From positions 959,478 through 983,477 of the forward strand of contig NZ_AP018558.1 in the NCBI RefSeq assembly GCF_003574215.1: a stretch of DNA of 24,000 nucleotides, given 5' to 3'. The stretch is from Hydrogenophilus thermoluteolus. Its GTDB lineage: Bacteria > Pseudomonadota > Gammaproteobacteria > Burkholderiales > Rhodocyclaceae. This document shows, piece after piece, positions 21,932-24,000 of this stretch; positions within the stretch are counted from its first letter, which is position 1, and each line of letters begins with the position of its first letter. The notes below the pieces were generated by a model. The model made no database searches and was not told the origin of the DNA. It saw nothing but the letters and a program-made list of their open reading frames with translations. The position numbers were made by a program, and so were the translations under genes.

Positions 21932-24000
21932 ACCGTTTCGTCCCCAGTAATCTGGTCGTTTTGCGCCGTGACGTGCTTCGCGCCGCGAGCGCGCTCCTGG
22001 AAGAGCAGGTTCGGGCTAGCCAGGCCTTCTCGGCAATCGCCAAGACGCTTCACCGCGTTCACGGAGAACTGGCCAATTCGCTTGCGGAATTGGCTGGGAG
22101 AGCCGATGCGGACCTTACCGTTCGGCAATTGGCCAGACGGTGCCAAACGCTGAGAACGACTCTTGCGCTCGTCGAGCAACACTATCAGGCCGATGTCGTC
22201 CGGCAGCGCGATGCGTTGCGCGCCCTTCTTGCGGCGTTCAACGAAAGCAGCAAAGTGCTGGCGCAGACGTTGGTAGAAAAGGATCTTCTCGATCGCCACC
22301 GGATGGTGCTCGAGCGGGTTGTCCTCTCCTACGAACGGGTGATCAACTGGCTGCCCTTCATCGAAGAGGTGCTCAAGGAGTTTCACGCGATTTTTCCGTT
22401 CGACCTCTTTTTCGTCGCGTTTGCGGAAAAGCATGGGTTGACCGCGCACCTCTTCTACCCAGGGCGACCCACAGCGGCACAGCGATCCGATCTGGAACCA
22501 CAACTCGTGCGCGAACTCCTTGCGCGTTTGAACCAACCGTTTGATGCCGCTGTCGACCTGGCGGTCCATTACCTGGATTGGACGCCGTGGTTTGGGATCG
22601 CGACAGCGCAATGCTATCAATTGCTCACCGAGAAGGTGCCCGATCATCGCTCAGGACTGGCCGGTATTCTTGGTGTTGGCTTTGGCACCGCGCAACCGCT
22701 CAGCGCGCAAGAGCAAACCGTGATCCGCTCGCTCTTGGCAATCCTGGTGATCGTCGTCGGGTCTAGCCGGGCGCTTTCAGACACGCTGCGCGAGCTTGAG
22801 TATTTTTCGATGCACGATCCGCTCACCCACCTCTACAACCGCCGCCATTTTCTCCACATGCTCGAGTACGAGATCGGTCGCAGCGAACGGCACCAGCATG
22901 CGTTTAGCCTCATCATGATCGATCTCGACGATTTCAAGGAGATCAACGACACCTACGGTCACCCCGCAGGTGACCTGGCGCTCACAGAGCTTGCGAACGT
23001 GCTCCAGGCGCAAGTTCGGCAAGGCGACCTCGCTTGCCGGATTGGCGGCGATGAGTTCATCTTGTTGCTTCCCGAAACGCCGCTGGAGGGTGCTAAGGCG
23101 CTCGCGCGCAAACTCTGTGATCGGTTGCGCGCCCATCGTTATTTCTATCAAGGGACCTCATTTCATGTGACCTGTTCACTGGGCATTGTGAGCTACCCGC
23201 AAGACGGAAAGTCGGTCCATGAACTCCTAGCGCACGCCGATCTGGCTGCCTATGAGGCAAAACGGCGAGGAAAAGACGAAATCTGCGCTTATGACGACCT
23301 CAAAACGCGCCGGACGGGCGGCGCTTTGACGCGTGACTCCCTTGCCGAGCAGCGCAGCGAGGTGGAAGCGCTTCGCGAAGCGCTCGCCGAGCGACGCATT
23401 GTTCCGTTTTTTCAACCGATCGTCGATATGGCAAGCGGTCAGGTGGTTGCGTTCGAGGTGCTCGCCCGCCTCATCCCGTCGGTAGGCGACCCGATCCCAG
23501 CAGGACGGTTCATCACGGTAATCGAAAAATATGGTTTGGGACGCGAACTCGACCGCCAGATCATTGCAGCAGCGCTCGCGGCGTTGCGTGACTTTCCAGG
23601 GGAAAAACCCACCCTTTTTCTCAACCTATCGGTACAGGAGATCCAAAACCGCAACGTGCTCGGTTTTGCGGCACGCCTTTGCCACCAGTGGGGGCTGGAT
23701 CCCGGCCGCATCGTCTTCGAGCTCTTGGAGCGGCACGCCGTCGACGATCTCGAGAAGTTGCGCCAGTTCATCCGGCAATTGCGCAAAAGAGGGTTCCGGT
23801 TTGCGCTCGACGACTTTGGCAGCGGCTACAACAGCTTGCACTATCTGCGGGAACTGGAGCTCGATTTCGTCAAGATCGACGGCGCGTTCGTGCGGGGCAT
23901 GCAAACGTCGCGCATCGACGAGGCGCTGGTGCGTAACCTCTCCAATCTCTGTGCGGATCTCGGCATGCAGACGGTAGCGGAATTCGTCGAAAATGACGAA
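21928..24000 (+). CDS. Cytoplasmic signalling protein: helical N-terminal region plus GAF-like region, then GGDEF diguanylate cyclase and EAL phosphodiesterase (3' end beyond the window)
   Basis: I translated this by hand. It is an open frame of 691 codons from the GTG at 21928 to the window end, absent from the ORF track because it has no stop. The GTG overlaps the upstream TGA (GTGA), and SD GGGAG sits at 21914-21918. RIGGDEF is at 23041-23058 and RQGD (I-site) at 23017-23028. EAL-domain motifs are FEVLARL (23452-23472), FLNLS, FELLER, DDFGSGYNS and KIDG. Confidence 0.85.
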   Translation, partial: MNRFVPSNLVVLRRDVLRAASALLEEQVRASQAFSAIAKTLHRVHGELANSLAELAGRADADLTVRQLARRCQTLRTTLALVEQHYQADVVRQRDALRALLAAFNESSKVLAQTLVEKDLLDRHRMVLERVVLSYERVINWLPFIEEVLKEFHAIFPFDLFFVAFAEKHGLTAHLFYPGRPTAAQRSDLEPQLVRELLARLNQPFDAAVDLAVHYLDWTPWFGIATAQCYQLLTEKVPDHRSGLAGILGVGFGTAQPLSAQEQTVIRSLLAILVIVVGSSRALSDTLRELEYFSMHDPLTHLYNRRHFLHMLEYEIGRSERHQHAFSLIMIDLDDFKEINDTYGHPAGDLALTELANVLQAQVRQGDLACRIGGDEFILLLPETPLEGAKALARKLCDRLRAHRYFYQGTSFHVTCSLGIVSYPQDGKSVHELLAHADLAAYEAKRRGKDEICAYDDLKTRRTGGALTRDSLAEQRSEVEALREALAERRIVPFFQPIVDMASGQVVAFEVLARLIPSVGDPIPAGRFITVIEKYGLGRELDRQIIAAALAALRDFPGEKPTLFLNLSVQEIQNRNVLGFAARLCHQWGLDPGRIVFELLERHAVDDLEKLRQFIRQLRKRGFRFALDDFGSGYNSLHYLRELELDFVKIDGAFVRGMQTSRIDEALVRNLSNLCADLGMQTVAEFVENDE
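22810..23292 (+). other. GGDEF domain of the 21928.. protein (approximate boundaries)
   Basis: The domain runs from MHDPLTHLYNRRHF through IMIDLDDFKEINDTYGHPAGD and RIGGDEF to AHADLAAYEAKRRGKD. Confidence 0.8.
23359..24000 (+). other. EAL domain of the 21928.. protein (N-terminal about 210 residues; truncated by the window end)
   Basis: PFFQPIVDMASGQVVAFEVLARL, GLGRELDRQI, LFLNLS, IVFELLER, FALDDFGSGYNSLHYLREL and DFVKIDGAFV. Confidence 0.8.

Noticed and set aside
1-24000. I searched for tRNA or rRNA genes, CRISPR repeats, IS or transposase or integrase genes, toxin-antitoxin pairs and known defence-system genes.
   Set aside because: None was seen. Intergenic regions are at most about 106 bp, too short for such elements, and every long ORF is accounted for by a housekeeping or signalling family.

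Overview
This is a GC-rich, very gene-dense chromosomal segment. Its protein sequences and synteny look proteobacterial, probably beta-proteobacterial, but that is an inference. I support 21 protein-coding genes. I found no rRNA, tRNA, CRISPR array, transposase, integrase or phage gene. Minus-strand train, 7893 down to 1: pat-type acetyltransferase, hexose-6-P mutarotase-like, tex, hslO (Hsp33), minC, minD (partial). Then: gabD (+), a small exported hypothetical (+), selU (-) divergent from selD (+) with an overlapping AI-2E-family permease (+), and tesA (-) back-to-back with a ybbA-like ABC ATPase (+). Then: a short FAD oxidoreductase (-), apbC-dcd-LdcA-like decarboxylase (+), and thyA-folA (-). 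At the right edge a stand-alone diiron/MBL-type protein (+) is translationally coupled to a cytoplasmic GGDEF-EAL protein (+, runs off the window). Most of the window is ordinary housekeeping. The best candidate for an uncharacterised system is the right-edge pair, which could be a two-protein O2/NO/Fe(II) sensor controlling c-di-GMP. Secondary items: a selD-coupled AI-2E permease, an Hsp33 that has lost all four zinc-binding cysteines, a zero-length divergent junction (CATATG) between tesA and ybbA, a ybbA with no permease gene, and three convergent gene pairs whose 3' ends overlap. All calls come from by-eye translation and motif recognition against remembered homologues. No database search or computation was run.
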